From positions 66,929 to 130,928 of the forward strand of contig JACQZI010000027.1 in the NCBI GenBank assembly GCA_016207825.1: a stretch of DNA of 64,000 nucleotides. Reading direction: 5' to 3'. Every line of letters begins with the position of its first letter. Positions within the stretch are counted from its first letter, which is position 1. The notes beneath the pieces were generated by a model. It was not told the DNA's origin, did not search any database, and was given only the letters and a program-made list of their open reading frames with translations. Position numbers and translations under genes: made by a program. Shown in pieces: positions 18,961-29,746 of the stretch. Origin of the DNA: Planctomycetota bacterium. GTDB taxonomy: Bacteria > Planctomycetota > MHYJ01 > JACQXL01 > JACQZI01.

Positions 18961-19046
18961 TATACCCTACCTACCCCCCTATCACAGCCTTTTTTCCCGA
19001 AAATTATAGTTGACATGTTTCCGCTGATTTGATAAAGTAAACAACT

Positions 19047-19523
19047 ATGCCGAAACTAAAAATATATTTGGATTCATCCGTTCCAAGCGCTTATTATGAT
19101 AAGCAAAAACCGGCGCGTCAAAAGATTACTCAAAAATGGTGGGACGAAGTGATGAAGCGGGATTATACGGTTTATATATCACAGGTAACGGAAACCGAGT
19201 TAAATGCGACTAAAAATTTGCATTTACGCGAAAACCTGCGTAATTTAGTCGGAAATCTGCCTGTTTTGGAAATACCTGACAACGCAAAAGGGTTAGCCGA
19301 ATTGTATATTGAAAATGATATTATACCGGACGAGTACTTTAACGATGCGCTTCATATTGCCGTTGCCACATTAAACGGGATAAATATTCTGGCAAGTTGG
19401 AACTTTGTCCACCTGGTTAATCTTGAAACCAGGAGGAAAGTTAAGGGGATAAACCTGGTAAAAGGATATAACGAAATTGATATTGCCAGTCCGGAAGAAT
19501 TAGGAGGAGGAAAATATGTCTAA
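19047..19523 (+). CDS. PIN domain protein (PIN_3/TIGR00305-like putative toxin)
   Basis: N-terminal IYLDSSV, and a C-terminal PDEYFNDALHIAVATLNGINILASWNFVHL that resembles the PIN_3 acidic-residue pattern. Sits in the low-GC region. Confidence 0.45.
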   Translation: MPKLKIYLDSSVPSAYYDKQKPARQKITQKWWDEVMKRDYTVYISQVTETELNATKNLHLRENLRNLVGNLPVLEIPDNAKGLAELYIENDIIPDEYFNDALHIAVATLNGINILASWNFVHLVNLETRRKVKGINLVKGYNEIDIASPEELGGGKYV

Positions 19524-19686
19524 AACACTTCAAAAAGTAAACCCGGCAGTTGAGTTTGCAAACGACCCGATGCTTCAGGAATTACATAAAACCAGAATTA
19601 AAATCTATTCGGAAATAAAAAACACGGATGAGCAGTCGCTGAAGAAATATTTCCAGAAGAAATCTAATGAATTCCGGAAGAAATAA
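19516..19686 (+). CDS. small hypothetical protein (56 aa) overlapping the PIN gene stop by 8 nt
   Basis: MSKTLQKVNPAVEFANDPMLQELHKTRIKIYSEIKNTDEQSLKKYFQKKSNEFRKK, with GGAGGAGG RBS upstream. Possible partner of the PIN protein. Confidence 0.35.
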   Translation: MSKTLQKVNPAVEFANDPMLQELHKTRIKIYSEIKNTDEQSLKKYFQKKSNEFRKK

Positions 19687-19843
19687 AGGTGGAATACGAT
19701 AATTGAAATGGACACTCCGAACCACACCGGTATTCCTTAAACTGTATACCCCCTATTCCTACCTAATTCTGTATTTTCAGCCATAGGCTAATTCCAGCCT
19801 ATAGATGTGCAATTTGTTATAAAATAGTTATATCTGCTTGATT

Positions 19844-20194
19844 TTACCACTCAAATTTAGCCGCTATTTCTCCATCAACCATAACCATACAAACCATTCC
19901 TGATTGTCCTAACAACGATGTGGTTTTAGTTAAAACCGCTGTGACTTTATGTCCATCATGAGTTCCTTCCAATGTTTTCGAACTAGAGAAAGCCCCTACA
20001 GCACTTTTAATAACTTCTGTTCCATTTATCGTAATTGTTACTACTCCGGTTGTTTTATTCCAATTTCCGTTAATTTGCCATGCTGCGGAAGTACTCCCAG
20101 CAGGGCGATAACTGGATGAGCTTGACGCACTACACCCGTTAAATAAAAAGAATAAAACCGCAATGCTGACGAATACAACTATTAGTTTTTTCAT
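19844..20194 (-). CDS. small lipoprotein, hypothetical
   Basis: MKKLIVVFVSIAVLFFLFNGC lipobox. 116 aa, no recognised domain. Confidence 0.4.
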   Translation of the reverse strand: MKKLIVVFVSIAVLFFLFNGCSASSSSSYRPAGSTSAAWQINGNWNKTTGVVTITINGTEVIKSAVGAFSSSKTLEGTHDGHKVTAVLTKTTSLLGQSGMVCMVMVDGEIAAKFEW

Positions 20195-20291
20195 ACCATT
20201 TCCTTTCATTAAATACTTAATTTAAAGCAACCGTGGTTAGCAAGAAGGCCGCATTTCCCTATGCGACCCTCTTGCTTTATTTGCCCATAAA

Positions 20292-20699
20292 CTATTTCTG
20301 AGCTTTTTCCTTTTCAATTGTTTCCCAAACAAGAGGCGATATTTCATTTTTAGCAACCTTACTTTCGTTCAAACAGCCATTAATCACCTCAACTTTGTAG
20401 CAACCATCGTTACGCACGACATAACAAGGGGTATTCCCTGACGCATAATCTTTAAGGTCTTGTTCCAAACCGCTTCCGTACCCTGATTTTCTCGCATAAA
20501 TCGCACCATCCGCGAAATCAATAATTAACCAAAGACCGCCGCTAGTCAGTAGGTCAAGGACAACATAACCAAATTGAACATTTCCTCTTTCGTGAGGTTT
20601 TTTGGTGCCATCTAGAATAGTTGCACAATTTATATTTGCTATTAAAAGCATCGCAATTACAAGCAATATCAGCGAAACAACCAATCGGTTTTTTGACAT
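20292..20699 (-). CDS. small lipoprotein, hypothetical
   Basis: MSKNRLVVSLILLVIAMLLIANINC lipobox. 135 aa. Confidence 0.4.
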   Translation of the reverse strand: MSKNRLVVSLILLVIAMLLIANINCATILDGTKKPHERGNVQFGYVVLDLLTSGGLWLIIDFADGAIYARKSGYGSGLEQDLKDYASGNTPCYVVRNDGCYKVEVINGCLNESKVAKNEISPLVWETIEKEKAQK

Positions 20700-20976
20700 A
20701 CCTATTTCTCCTTTACTTGTTTGGTTTTCTTGAATTAAAATGTGTTGAGCTTTCAAGAGGTTTCAACACTTAACCCCTCAAACGGACAGGCCTTACAGAG
20801 ATATTATGTTAATTAATACCACCTCCTTTCGCCTGATGAATTGGGTAAACTGATAGAAATAAGTTTAATAGAGAGGAAAAGAATAGGGAGGGAATTATAG
20901 TAATTTGTCTCATAAACTCTGCCCGCCTTTTAGCCCAATAAAAAAGGGCAAGGAACCACTGCTGGATTTTACCGCT

Positions 20977-21076
20977 TTCCATCCGCCAAGACTTCCAGAC
21001 GGACCAGCATGAGTGGCACCCCGCCCCAAAGGGCAGAGTCCCCGTCTGGAATTCACAAATTGTTGGCGGATGGAAA
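20977..21076. repeat. imperfect ~26-bp inverted repeat (ttccatccgccaagacttccagacgg / ccgtctggaattcacaaattgttggcggatggaa) with ~40-nt GC-rich spacer
   Basis: Seen directly. Lies in the divergent intergenic region upstream of the 21172 gene. Confidence 0.55.
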
Positions 21077-21171
21077 TACTTTTTCTTTTGCCTTTAATGG
21101 TATTAACTAAGGCAAGAAAAGTCAAGATAAAAATTGTTTTTATACAGTATTTTGGTATACTTAAAATCTAT

Positions 21172-22353
21172 ATGACTGATTATGTAACCGCCGACACCAT
21201 ACGGGGAGATTTACAGGGATATGCGCCCATTGCCAATACTCTAATACAAATAGGCGATAATGCATTTAGCGACCTTGACCGATTTTTTAAGGGAATCACA
21301 ATAGAACCTTATATTTGGATTGATAAGAAATCGGGCTTTACCGAAAATGATATTTATGACTTAACATATAAGCTATATAATTTCAATGTTACACTTATAC
21401 AATTGCTTTGGAATTTATCCAGTGTAAACAATTTAACGGCGTTTCCTGATATTAATTCAATAATTGGTGCTTTAGATGATTGCATAAAGCAAGGCGCTCA
21501 ATTTCAGGGGAGAATAAGTATATTACATAATAAAGTCAGCCCTGATAAAGAGAGAGAAAAAATAGGAGGGTGTGTACAAGGCGGAACAGAGGAACATAAA
21601 AAATTAGACTATCTTCATAGAATATTCCAATTAAAGACTATTTTTGACAGACGAATAGATATTATTAATAAACAATTCCCAAACATTATTGACCGTTTGA
21701 ATGAAATAATAAATGTAAGTTATGCGAAAAAAGATATAATGGCTCAAGAAACAAAAACACCGCCAGTGGGTTCGCGAATTACTATCCGTCTTGTTGAAAA
21801 AGGGCATAAATTAACTGTAAATGGTGATAAATTAGAAAGTACTCCAAAACTTCTTTCCAATATCATTTGCGCACGGGCTTATGGAGTGCAAACCGCTGAA
21901 GCCTTAGTAAAGGCATCCGCCAAGTTTATGCGTAATGTCTTTCGTCCTAATTGTAAAGTTGGACGGACTAAATGGGACATCAAAAACCAGAAGAAAAATT
22001 TAGGGCGGGAAATAAAACGGATAAACAGCCTATTTCCTCAGCCAATAATAAAGTGGGATAAAAAGAATGCAGAGTGGATACAAGCAGGCGAACAATATAT
22101 TAATTTTCAGAAAGAAAGCAGTAATAAATTGTTATCTCCGAATGAACTGAGAGATTTTATTCAGCCATACCTTTCCAGCGTCAGACGTACCAGCGAAGAA
22201 GTCAGGAAAAGCAAGACTGTTTCACCCAAGAGTAAAACCTTTACGACGTCCCCTGATAAAATAGATTATGCGGCTAATCCTTCCAAAGAGAGTATTCAAA
22301 AACGTAGAGAAGGCAAGAAAGCTTACGAAGAATCAGACGACGATAACAATTAA
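21172..22353 (+). CDS. hypothetical protein (393 aa), low-GC, no recognised domain
   Basis: Long ORF with AT-rich codon usage, unlike its neighbours. Lys-rich C-terminus. The ORF-track N-terminal extension from 21013 overlaps the inverted repeat and is probably not coding. Confidence 0.45.
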   Translation: MTDYVTADTIRGDLQGYAPIANTLIQIGDNAFSDLDRFFKGITIEPYIWIDKKSGFTENDIYDLTYKLYNFNVTLIQLLWNLSSVNNLTAFPDINSIIGALDDCIKQGAQFQGRISILHNKVSPDKEREKIGGCVQGGTEEHKKLDYLHRIFQLKTIFDRRIDIINKQFPNIIDRLNEIINVSYAKKDIMAQETKTPPVGSRITIRLVEKGHKLTVNGDKLESTPKLLSNIICARAYGVQTAEALVKASAKFMRNVFRPNCKVGRTKWDIKNQKKNLGREIKRINSLFPQPIIKWDKKNAEWIQAGEQYINFQKESSNKLLSPNELRDFIQPYLSSVRRTSEEVRKSKTVSPKSKTFTTSPDKIDYAANPSKESIQKRREGKKAYEESDDDNN

Positions 22354-22592
22354 CCTCCTACTGATAATATTATATTAACCGTCTCAAGGTAATACATATT
22401 ACCCCCGGTGTAAACTGCTTTACACCGTTTTCCCATCCTATCGAGCTTTAAAACATATTCATAACTCCTTATTACATCTTAAGATAAAAATTCGCATGTT
22501 TTTTTCAGCTTCTATACATTTTTTCTCCGTTACCCCCTTTTTTACGCCTATATAACTGAGGAGAGATATAACTCTCCCAGAAAGGAGTTCCT

Positions 22593-22838
22593 ATGATGAA
22601 CTATATAGGTTCACGGATATTAGCCAAGGCGGTGGAAAAGGGAATCATCAGCGAAATTGAGGCGGAGATAGTAGTAAAGAATGCCTGCTATGAGCGGTCT
22701 TTTATTTACATCTCTTTGGAATTGAGTATGCCCACTAAAGTAGCAGAACGGCTTTATAATGGAGCAATCCCGAAACTAAGAAAGTGGCTCCATAAAGAAG
22801 TTATAATAATGCCAAGAGGGAAGATTATCTGCGATTAA
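22593..22838 (+). CDS. hypothetical protein (81 aa)
   Basis: ORF with an upstream GGAG. No recognised motif. Confidence 0.3.
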   Translation: MMNYIGSRILAKAVEKGIISEIEAEIVVKNACYERSFIYISLELSMPTKVAERLYNGAIPKLRKWLHKEVIIMPRGKIICD

Positions 22839-23136
22839 GAGTTCTGCCGGGGAGAGCCGGGATAGAAGGCGCTCTCCTTTCTGTCCCGCCCGGCTGACTA
22901 CTTTTGAATGGCTACCTGTTAATGCCTGTTACGGGCAAAGTCATGGAAACTAAACAGGCGAAAACTATTATGAAAAAGAGTTTTTGGAAGCGAATCATAA
23001 GAGCGGTTTTAGAAATCGTTCTTACCGTGGTTCGTAACAGGGCTAAAAAGTAATTAGCCAAAAGCGCAAAGTAAAAAGCCCTGAACCATGCCCCCGCTAA
23101 AGACGTGGTCAGGTATCAGGGCGGGAGGATATTACG

Positions 23137-23934
23137 ATGAGTATAATAAAAATGCATCTGATTTTAGCCATTAACCCATTGACCCAGGCAGTCGCCAAAA
23201 TCGGCAAGATATGGGCAGACGGCTTGAGTAACAATGCGGAGAAAATGGATGACCGCATCAAAACAAGTATCCCGGATGAAATGACCTATCTTTCCAAGCT
23301 GGCGGATACTTCCGAACTGGAATTCCGCCGGGTGATTGACCCATCCTTTACCAACCGTAAAGGCGAGGATAAGAATAAGATTAATGCCACACAGGCATAT
23401 AAAATCAGGAAGTCTTATCCAAAATACCAGCGGAACCGGACCCATATGTTCGAGACCGTTGACGGCGTTACTGCCAAGCGGTTTAAGGACAGGGTTCAGG
23501 CATCACAGGATACCTATGCGGAAAGGGTAAGCGAAACGACCCTCGCCTTTACCGGCATAAAGAGCCTGGAATCAGGCCCGGCAAGGATTGTGATATTCTG
23601 GCTGACCGGCGACCCCAAGGCGCGCGGGTTAATCAGGCCTGCCGACCGGATTATGGCGCCGAGCGAGCCTTTCAGCGTTACCACGCCGGAGAAAAGGAAC
23701 CTTTTAAGGCAGGCGCTTTCCACCCGCTTAATCCAGAGCGGGATGCGGATTGTCCATTCGGCTCTGTCTGGCTCCATCATCACGGAGATGAATAATGTGG
23801 GCAATTCGGTAGTCCAGGGATATCTTGACCCATCTTTAGGGCTGGAGTCCTTTACTCCGGGCGGGGCGAGCCATCTTGACTTTATCAAGGAGAATGGGCA
23901 GTTGTTCCTTTCTGTTAAGGTTAGTCAGGTGTAA
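23137..23934 (+). CDS. hypothetical protein (265 aa)
   Basis: ORF with no recognised domain. Followed by the hairpin ccccccgacatccgtcggggg. Confidence 0.4.
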   Translation: MSIIKMHLILAINPLTQAVAKIGKIWADGLSNNAEKMDDRIKTSIPDEMTYLSKLADTSELEFRRVIDPSFTNRKGEDKNKINATQAYKIRKSYPKYQRNRTHMFETVDGVTAKRFKDRVQASQDTYAERVSETTLAFTGIKSLESGPARIVIFWLTGDPKARGLIRPADRIMAPSEPFSVTTPEKRNLLRQALSTRLIQSGMRIVHSALSGSIITEMNNVGNSVVQGYLDPSLGLESFTPGGASHLDFIKENGQLFLSVKVSQV

Positions 23935-24305
23935 ACCAGTAGCGAGTAGCGAGACGGCCCCCCGACATCCGTCGGGGGACGCCTGATAAATGTTAAACGG
24001 GTAGAGGCGGGTTGATAAGAGAGGGCGGGGTTTATCCCGCCCTCTTTCTTTATAGGATTTGGACCAAATATATGCCATCTTTCACTTGACAAATAAGCGT
24101 TATTTTGAGATTATACGCAATAATTTTAACACTAAAACACGAAACTGGAATATGAAACACGGAAGAATTATTTCGTGCCCCATTCTGGGACTCCCTATTA
24201 CGGTACGCCCCACGTGCGGGGCTGACCGCCGAGGGGTCGGGTGTCCCCGAAGCAAAGCGGAGTGGGGCTTTCGTGATAGCTTCTGTGTTTTCGTGTAGAA
24301 GCCCT

Positions 24306-26687
24306 ATGAAATATAATATGCTTAAATGGTTTTGGGTCTGCTTTTTCCTGGTTGCCTTAGCCCTGCCTTTTTCCCGGGCGGAGGAAAAGGATGAGGGTAA
24401 AATAATCAGGAAAGTGGAAGTCATCGGCCTGGAGCGCCATGCCCAATCCGAAATCGCCACCCATATCCAGTCCGCGGAAAACGCCCCCTTTTCCTATAAG
24501 ACCTTCCAGGAAGATATCCAGCGCCTGAATGACACCGGCATCTTCAGTTCCATCAACTGGGAAATCATGCCCATGGATGACGGCGTAAAGATTATCATCT
24601 ACGTCAAGGAAAACGAAATAGTCGAGAATATTTATTACGACGGCTTTGCCCACGTGAACGTCAAAACACTGGTGAATGATTTAAAGCTTAAGACAGACGG
24701 CCCTTTCAACGAGTATTATCTCCTGAGCGATAAGAAGCTCCTGGAAGAGGAATACCGGAAGAAAGGCTACCATTTCGCCGAGGTGACCGTTAAAAAATCC
24801 AAGGGCCTGCGCGGCGTCCTTATCATCTATTCCGTGCGCGAAGGGCCGGCCGTCCGGGTCAACCGGATAACCATCACCGGCAACAAGTCTTTCCCCAAAA
24901 GGCGCGTCCTGCTCATTTTCCCCAAGCACCCGATTATGGGCAAGATGCGGACCAAGGAAAGCCACTGGTATGGAAGCCATTATTTTGTGGAATCCGAGGT
25001 ATTCGTCGACCTTTCGCTCATCGAGAATTTTTACCGCGACGAAGGCTGGCTGGATGCCGCCGCTTTTGTCGGCGATATGGTATTTACGGAAAAGAAGGAC
25101 AGGGTGAATATCAATATTAATATCGTGGAAGGCGCCCGCTATTTTATCCGGAAAATAGACGTGGTCGGGAACGCGAGCATCCCGACCGGGGAGCTTTTAA
25201 AGGATTTGACGATGAAAGAAGGCTCGGCTTACCGGATGGAAGAGGTGGTCAGGGCAATCAAGGTGATGCGCCGCCGTTACGGGAAGCTGGGGATGATAGA
25301 TTGCATGATAGAGCCGCGCATGCATTACCCGCAGGAAGGCACGCTGGATTTGACTTTCCATATTGACGAATGCGGCAAGAAATACCTGGGCAAACTTAAT
25401 ATTACCGGCAACCATAAAACCAAAGATAAGGTAATCCGCCGCGAGTTTACCATTCATCCGGGAGAGCTTTTGGATTATGAGAAGGTGGAAGCGAGCCTCG
25501 ACCGGGTGGGCGCGACGATGTTTTTCCAGCAGGTAAAGCCGCCGGAGTTCGATGACGGTTACGGGGAAAACGTTAAAGACATGAACCTGGAAATAGAAGA
25601 GGGCCCCACGGGCAGCCTCAATATCGGCGGCGGTTTCAGCTCGAACAGCGGCTTCGGCGGGATGCTTTCCATTACGCAGAATAATTTCGATATTGCCCGG
25701 ACGCCGGAAAGTGTCGGCCAGTTTTTCACGGGCGGCTCGTTTGCCGGGGGCGGTCAGCGGTTTGCGATTACCCTGCGCCCGGGAGTGAAGCTGACCCAAT
25801 TCAGCATACAGTTTGTGGAACCGTACTTATTCGATAAGCCCCTGATGCTGGGCGCTAACTATTCGATATGGGACCGCAACTGGATAGATTATTCCGAAAC
25901 GCGCTCGACGACCGGGCTGTCGCTCGACCGGCGCTTTAAAGGCGGGCTGATAATCGGGTGCGACATGAATTTCCAGTATATCGATATTTCCCAGGTGGAT
26001 GACGATGCCTCTTCCATCATACAGGATTTGGAAGGGACGGACCGCGCGAATGCAATCATTCCTGCAATCACTTTTGACAGGCGTAATTTCCGGCTCCTGC
26101 CGACCAAGGGCTACCGCTTGCACCTGGAAAACTCTTTTACCGGCGGGTTTATGGGCGGTGATTTCGACTTCATGAAAACCGTCTTCCGGGCGGAAAGCTA
26201 CTTCCCGATTATCGAGGAGCAGAATAAGCTTATCTGTAATATGATATTCAGGTTAGGGCGCGTTGTGAATACGTCCGATACGGAAGAAGTTCCGTTTTAC
26301 GAAAAGTTCTATGCCGGCGGCACGGATACGGTCAGGGGTTTTGATTACCGGACCATCAGTCCCAAGGACCCCGGTGATAACGATTTATCGATTGGCGGGC
26401 TGGTTTATAACGTGGTAAACTTGGAGGTGACTTATCCTTTATACCGGGGTGATGAAACCACCAAGCCTTTTGAAATACCGCGCTTCGTGATGTTTGTCGA
26501 TGCGGGCAATGTCGCCGATAAGATACAAGACCTGACCGCGGATACATACCGTGTTTCCTGGGGCTTTGGTTTCAGGATGTACCTGGGCGGTTCGGTCCCG
26601 ATAAACCTTTTTGCCGGATTCCCCTTGAAGATGGAAGACGGCGACGATCGCGATACGATACAGTTTGATATCGGATTTATGTATTAA
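24306..26687 (+). CDS. bamA: outer membrane protein assembly factor BamA (Omp85)
   Basis: Signal peptide, POTRA-like repeats, and a C-terminal 16-strand beta-barrel (GxxGGxxxxxGxG..., terminal F-rich motif IGFMY). Confidence 0.88.
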   Translation: MKYNMLKWFWVCFFLVALALPFSRAEEKDEGKIIRKVEVIGLERHAQSEIATHIQSAENAPFSYKTFQEDIQRLNDTGIFSSINWEIMPMDDGVKIIIYVKENEIVENIYYDGFAHVNVKTLVNDLKLKTDGPFNEYYLLSDKKLLEEEYRKKGYHFAEVTVKKSKGLRGVLIIYSVREGPAVRVNRITITGNKSFPKRRVLLIFPKHPIMGKMRTKESHWYGSHYFVESEVFVDLSLIENFYRDEGWLDAAAFVGDMVFTEKKDRVNININIVEGARYFIRKIDVVGNASIPTGELLKDLTMKEGSAYRMEEVVRAIKVMRRRYGKLGMIDCMIEPRMHYPQEGTLDLTFHIDECGKKYLGKLNITGNHKTKDKVIRREFTIHPGELLDYEKVEASLDRVGATMFFQQVKPPEFDDGYGENVKDMNLEIEEGPTGSLNIGGGFSSNSGFGGMLSITQNNFDIARTPESVGQFFTGGSFAGGGQRFAITLRPGVKLTQFSIQFVEPYLFDKPLMLGANYSIWDRNWIDYSETRSTTGLSLDRRFKGGLIIGCDMNFQYIDISQVDDDASSIIQDLEGTDRANAIIPAITFDRRNFRLLPTKGYRLHLENSFTGGFMGGDFDFMKTVFRAESYFPIIEEQNKLICNMIFRLGRVVNTSDTEEVPFYEKFYAGGTDTVRGFDYRTISPKDPGDNDLSIGGLVYNVVNLEVTYPLYRGDETTKPFEIPRFVMFVDAGNVADKIQDLTADTYRVSWGFGFRMYLGGSVPINLFAGFPLKMEDGDDRDTIQFDIGFMY

Positions 26688-26793
26688 TGATTAGTTAATG
26701 AAAATCCCAGCCAAACTGCGGTTGGGATAAGACGCTGTAACAGTCTTTGGCTACTTCGTATCCAAAGCCTTAACAGCCTCTAAGGAGGAGAAT

Positions 26794-27429
26794 ATGAAAA
26801 AGCTATTAGCAATGGCGTTGATAACCCTGGTGATAGTGGCAGCCGGTAAACTGACTTGGTTAAGCGGACAGGCAGCGGAAACCCCGCCGGTTCCGCCCGT
26901 GCCGCCGGTTCCCGCGCCAGCCCCGGCCGGGATTAAAATCGGGGTGGTTAATATTTTCGATGTGTTCAGCAAGTTCAAAAAACGCGATGCTTACCAGAAA
27001 GAACTAAGCAAGGAAGAAGCCGAAGAATACAGGAGCTGGAAAAAGGATTACGATGATGTCATAATGGAAAACCAGAAGTTGATGGAAGAAAACAACGACC
27101 CGAACAGCGATTTATGGGCGACCCTTTCCAGCCGCATAGAAACGCTCAGGATGCAGAAGGAACAGCGCATTAAGTTGTGGCGTAAACGGATGAACAAGAA
27201 AATCAATACCCAGATGGCGCAGCTTTATAATGAAGTCCGTGAAACCATAGATGCTTACGGCAAGGAAAAAGGTTTTGCGCTGATACTTAAAACAGAACCG
27301 GACCGCATCGTGAATTCCAATAACCAGGATGAAGACGCCCAGATGGGGATTAATTTCCGGACGGTTCTTTTCAGCCAGGGCGCCGTTGATATTACCGCCG
27401 ATATCATTAAGAAACTTAACGGAGAATGA
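26794..27429 (+). CDS. skp: OmpH/Skp periplasmic chaperone
   Basis: Signal peptide. A (PPVP)x3 linker. IGVVNIxxVFSKF and a coiled-coil Skp-like body. Canonical position between bamA and lpxD. Confidence 0.75.
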   Translation: MKKLLAMALITLVIVAAGKLTWLSGQAAETPPVPPVPPVPAPAPAGIKIGVVNIFDVFSKFKKRDAYQKELSKEEAEEYRSWKKDYDDVIMENQKLMEENNDPNSDLWATLSSRIETLRMQKEQRIKLWRKRMNKKINTQMAQLYNEVRETIDAYGKEKGFALILKTEPDRIVNSNNQDEDAQMGINFRTVLFSQGAVDITADIIKKLNGE

Positions 27430-27432
27430 TTT

Positions 27433-28434
27433 GTGCAGGTTAATGTTTCGCAATTAGCCCGTTTGGTTAACGGGAAGGTTTCCGGGAACGGGAATGCGGC
27501 GATAAGCGGGTTTGCCGGCATAAACGAAGCGCGCAAGGGCGATGTCACTTTTATCGCCAACGATAAATATATCGGATGCCTTAAAGCGACGAGGGCTTCG
27601 GCCGTGGTCGTTTCCGCCAAGCTTAAAGCCAAGACGAATATTCCTTTAATCCGCACGAAGAACCCGGATTTTGCATTTATTAAGATTGCGGAATATTTTA
27701 GTTTAAACCGGGCGGCCTTTAAGCCCGGCATCCACCGGACGGTGATTGTCGGGGCGAATGCCCGGATAAGCCCTTCGGCGGCCGTGCAGGCGTATGTCAC
27801 AATCGGGGAAGGAACGAGAATCGGCAGCCGGACAGAAATATATCCGAATGTTTATATCGGCAAAAACGTAACCATCGGGGATAATTGCCTGGTTTACGCG
27901 AACGTATCCATACGGGAAGGAACCGTCATCGGCAACAATGTGATTATCCATAGCGGGACGGTCATCGGTTCGGACGGATTCGGTTACGCGCAAATCGGTC
28001 GGAGACGCTATAAAATTCCGCAGACGGGAATCGTGGTGATAGAAGACGACGTGGAAATCGGGGCGAATGTCACCATTGACCGGGCGCGGTTTGATAAAAC
28101 AGTTATCGGGAAAGGAACCAAGATTGATAACCTGGTGCATATCGCACATAATGTGGTTATCGGAGAGGATTCCGTCTTGGTCGCCCAGGTGGGGATTTCC
28201 GGCAGTGCCCGCTTGGGAAAGAACGTTACCATGGCGGGTCAGTCGGCAACGGTCGGCCATATTTCCATCGGGGATAATGTGATGGTTGCCGGGCGGTCGG
28301 TGGTGACCAAGAATATTCCTTCGGGGGCGGTTATTTCCGGCTTCCCTGCGCAATTGCACAAGAAGCAATTGAAGCAGGAGGCGTTAATCAGAAGACTGCC
28401 CGAATTATATAAGTCCTTGAAAAACAGGAAGTAA
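27433..28434 (+). CDS. lpxD: UDP-3-O-(3-hydroxyacyl)glucosamine N-acyltransferase
   Basis: LpxD N-terminal domain plus extensive left-handed beta-helix hexapeptide repeats. Confidence 0.9.
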   Translation: MQVNVSQLARLVNGKVSGNGNAAISGFAGINEARKGDVTFIANDKYIGCLKATRASAVVVSAKLKAKTNIPLIRTKNPDFAFIKIAEYFSLNRAAFKPGIHRTVIVGANARISPSAAVQAYVTIGEGTRIGSRTEIYPNVYIGKNVTIGDNCLVYANVSIREGTVIGNNVIIHSGTVIGSDGFGYAQIGRRRYKIPQTGIVVIEDDVEIGANVTIDRARFDKTVIGKGTKIDNLVHIAHNVVIGEDSVLVAQVGISGSARLGKNVTMAGQSATVGHISIGDNVMVAGRSVVTKNIPSGAVISGFPAQLHKKQLKQEALIRRLPELYKSLKNRK

Positions 28435-28444
28435 TTTAGTTTAT

Positions 28445-29743
28445 ATGATGCAGTCAACAATCGGAAAAGCGGTTTCGTTCGAAGGAGTGGGCGTATTTTC
28501 CGGGAACAAGGTCAAGATAACCCTTGCGCCGGCCGCTCCGGATACGGGCGTTGTTTTTATCCGAAGCGACCTGAAAGACAGCCCGCGCATCCCGGCGACG
28601 GTTGATTTTGCCCAGACCAGATATCGCCATACCTGCCTGGTAAACAATGACGCATCGGTTGAGACGGTCGAGCATTTACTTGCATCCTTGCACGGATTCG
28701 GGATTGATAATTTGGAAATAACCATAGACGCGCCTGAATTGCCGGTGGGCGACGGCAGTGCGAATGAATTCATTAAGCTCCTTCAATCGGCGGGTAAGGT
28801 CATGCAGGATTCTGCCAGGAAGGAATTTGCCCTTAAAGCGCCCGTGGCGATAGAAAAGAACGGGGTTTCTTTGGTGGCACTGCCTTCGGATGATAAGCTG
28901 ACCGTTGATTATACTTTAAAATACGATGCGCCGATAATCGGGACGCAGAACATGAGGGTTTCTGTCAACCAGGACGAGTTCTTGAGGGAAATCGCGCCGG
29001 CAAGGACTTTTTGCCTGGCGGAAGAAATAGAACAGTTTAACAAAATGGGGCTGGGCAAGGGCGGCTCATATAAAAATACGTTGGTGGTGGATAAAGACAA
29101 GGTCGTGGATAACGAACTGCGTTTCCCCAACGAGTTTGTTCGCCATAAGATACTTGATTTAATCGGCGATTTATTTTTACTGAATGTTTCCCTTAAAGCG
29201 CACATCATTGCTTTGAAGACCGGGCATGAGGATAATCTTAACCTGGTAAAGGCGCTGCACGGCGTGATAAATTCAATCCAGCCCGCGTATCCGGCGAAAA
29301 GGGAAACGCTTTTGGACGTAAGGGAAATACAAAATATCTTGCCGCACCGCTATCCTTTTTTATTGATAGACAAAGTAATCAAGATGGAAGGATATTCGCG
29401 GGTGGTTGGCTTGAAGAACGCGACGGCAAACGAGCATTTTTTCCAGGGGCATTTCCCGGGGCAGCCGGTAATGCCGGCGGTTTTGCAGTTGGAGGCGATG
29501 GCGCAGCTTGCCGGGGTGCTTTTATTGCGCCGGGCGGGAAATGAGAAGAAACTCGGGATTCTGATGGCGATAGATGGCGCAAAACTGAGGAAATCGGTCG
29601 TTCCGGGTGACCAGCTGTTTATCGAGGCTGAAACTATCCGTTATAAGACAAGAACGGCGGAAGTCCACGGGAAAATATTGGTTGATGGCGAGCTCGTTTC
29701 CGAGGCTGATTTTAAGTTTATGCTGGTAGATAAGGAAAACTAA
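28445..29743 (+). CDS. lpxC/fabZ: bifunctional UDP-3-O-acyl-GlcNAc deacetylase / 3-hydroxyacyl-ACP dehydratase (LpxC-FabZ fusion)
   Basis: N-terminal LpxC (TVEHLLASL, HKILDLIGDL). C-terminal FabZ hot-dog (LPHRYPFLLIDKV...HFFQGHFPGQPVMPAVLQLEAMAQ). Confidence 0.9.
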   Translation: MMQSTIGKAVSFEGVGVFSGNKVKITLAPAAPDTGVVFIRSDLKDSPRIPATVDFAQTRYRHTCLVNNDASVETVEHLLASLHGFGIDNLEITIDAPELPVGDGSANEFIKLLQSAGKVMQDSARKEFALKAPVAIEKNGVSLVALPSDDKLTVDYTLKYDAPIIGTQNMRVSVNQDEFLREIAPARTFCLAEEIEQFNKMGLGKGGSYKNTLVVDKDKVVDNELRFPNEFVRHKILDLIGDLFLLNVSLKAHIIALKTGHEDNLNLVKALHGVINSIQPAYPAKRETLLDVREIQNILPHRYPFLLIDKVIKMEGYSRVVGLKNATANEHFFQGHFPGQPVMPAVLQLEAMAQLAGVLLLRRAGNEKKLGILMAIDGAKLRKSVVPGDQLFIEAETIRYKTRTAEVHGKILVDGELVSEADFKFMLVDKEN

Positions 29744-29746
29744 AGT

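Noticed and set aside
21013-21171. ORF-track N-terminal extension of the 446-aa protein
   Set aside because: The extension crosses the GC-rich inverted repeat and has a composition unlike the AT-rich body. The Met at 21172 after an AT-rich leader is the more plausible start.
22971-23054. 27-aa ORF (MKKSFWKRIIRAVLEIVLTVVRNRAKK) in the island intergenic region
   Set aside because: A plausible small membrane peptide, but too short to support without conservation or expression evidence. Not listed as a feature.
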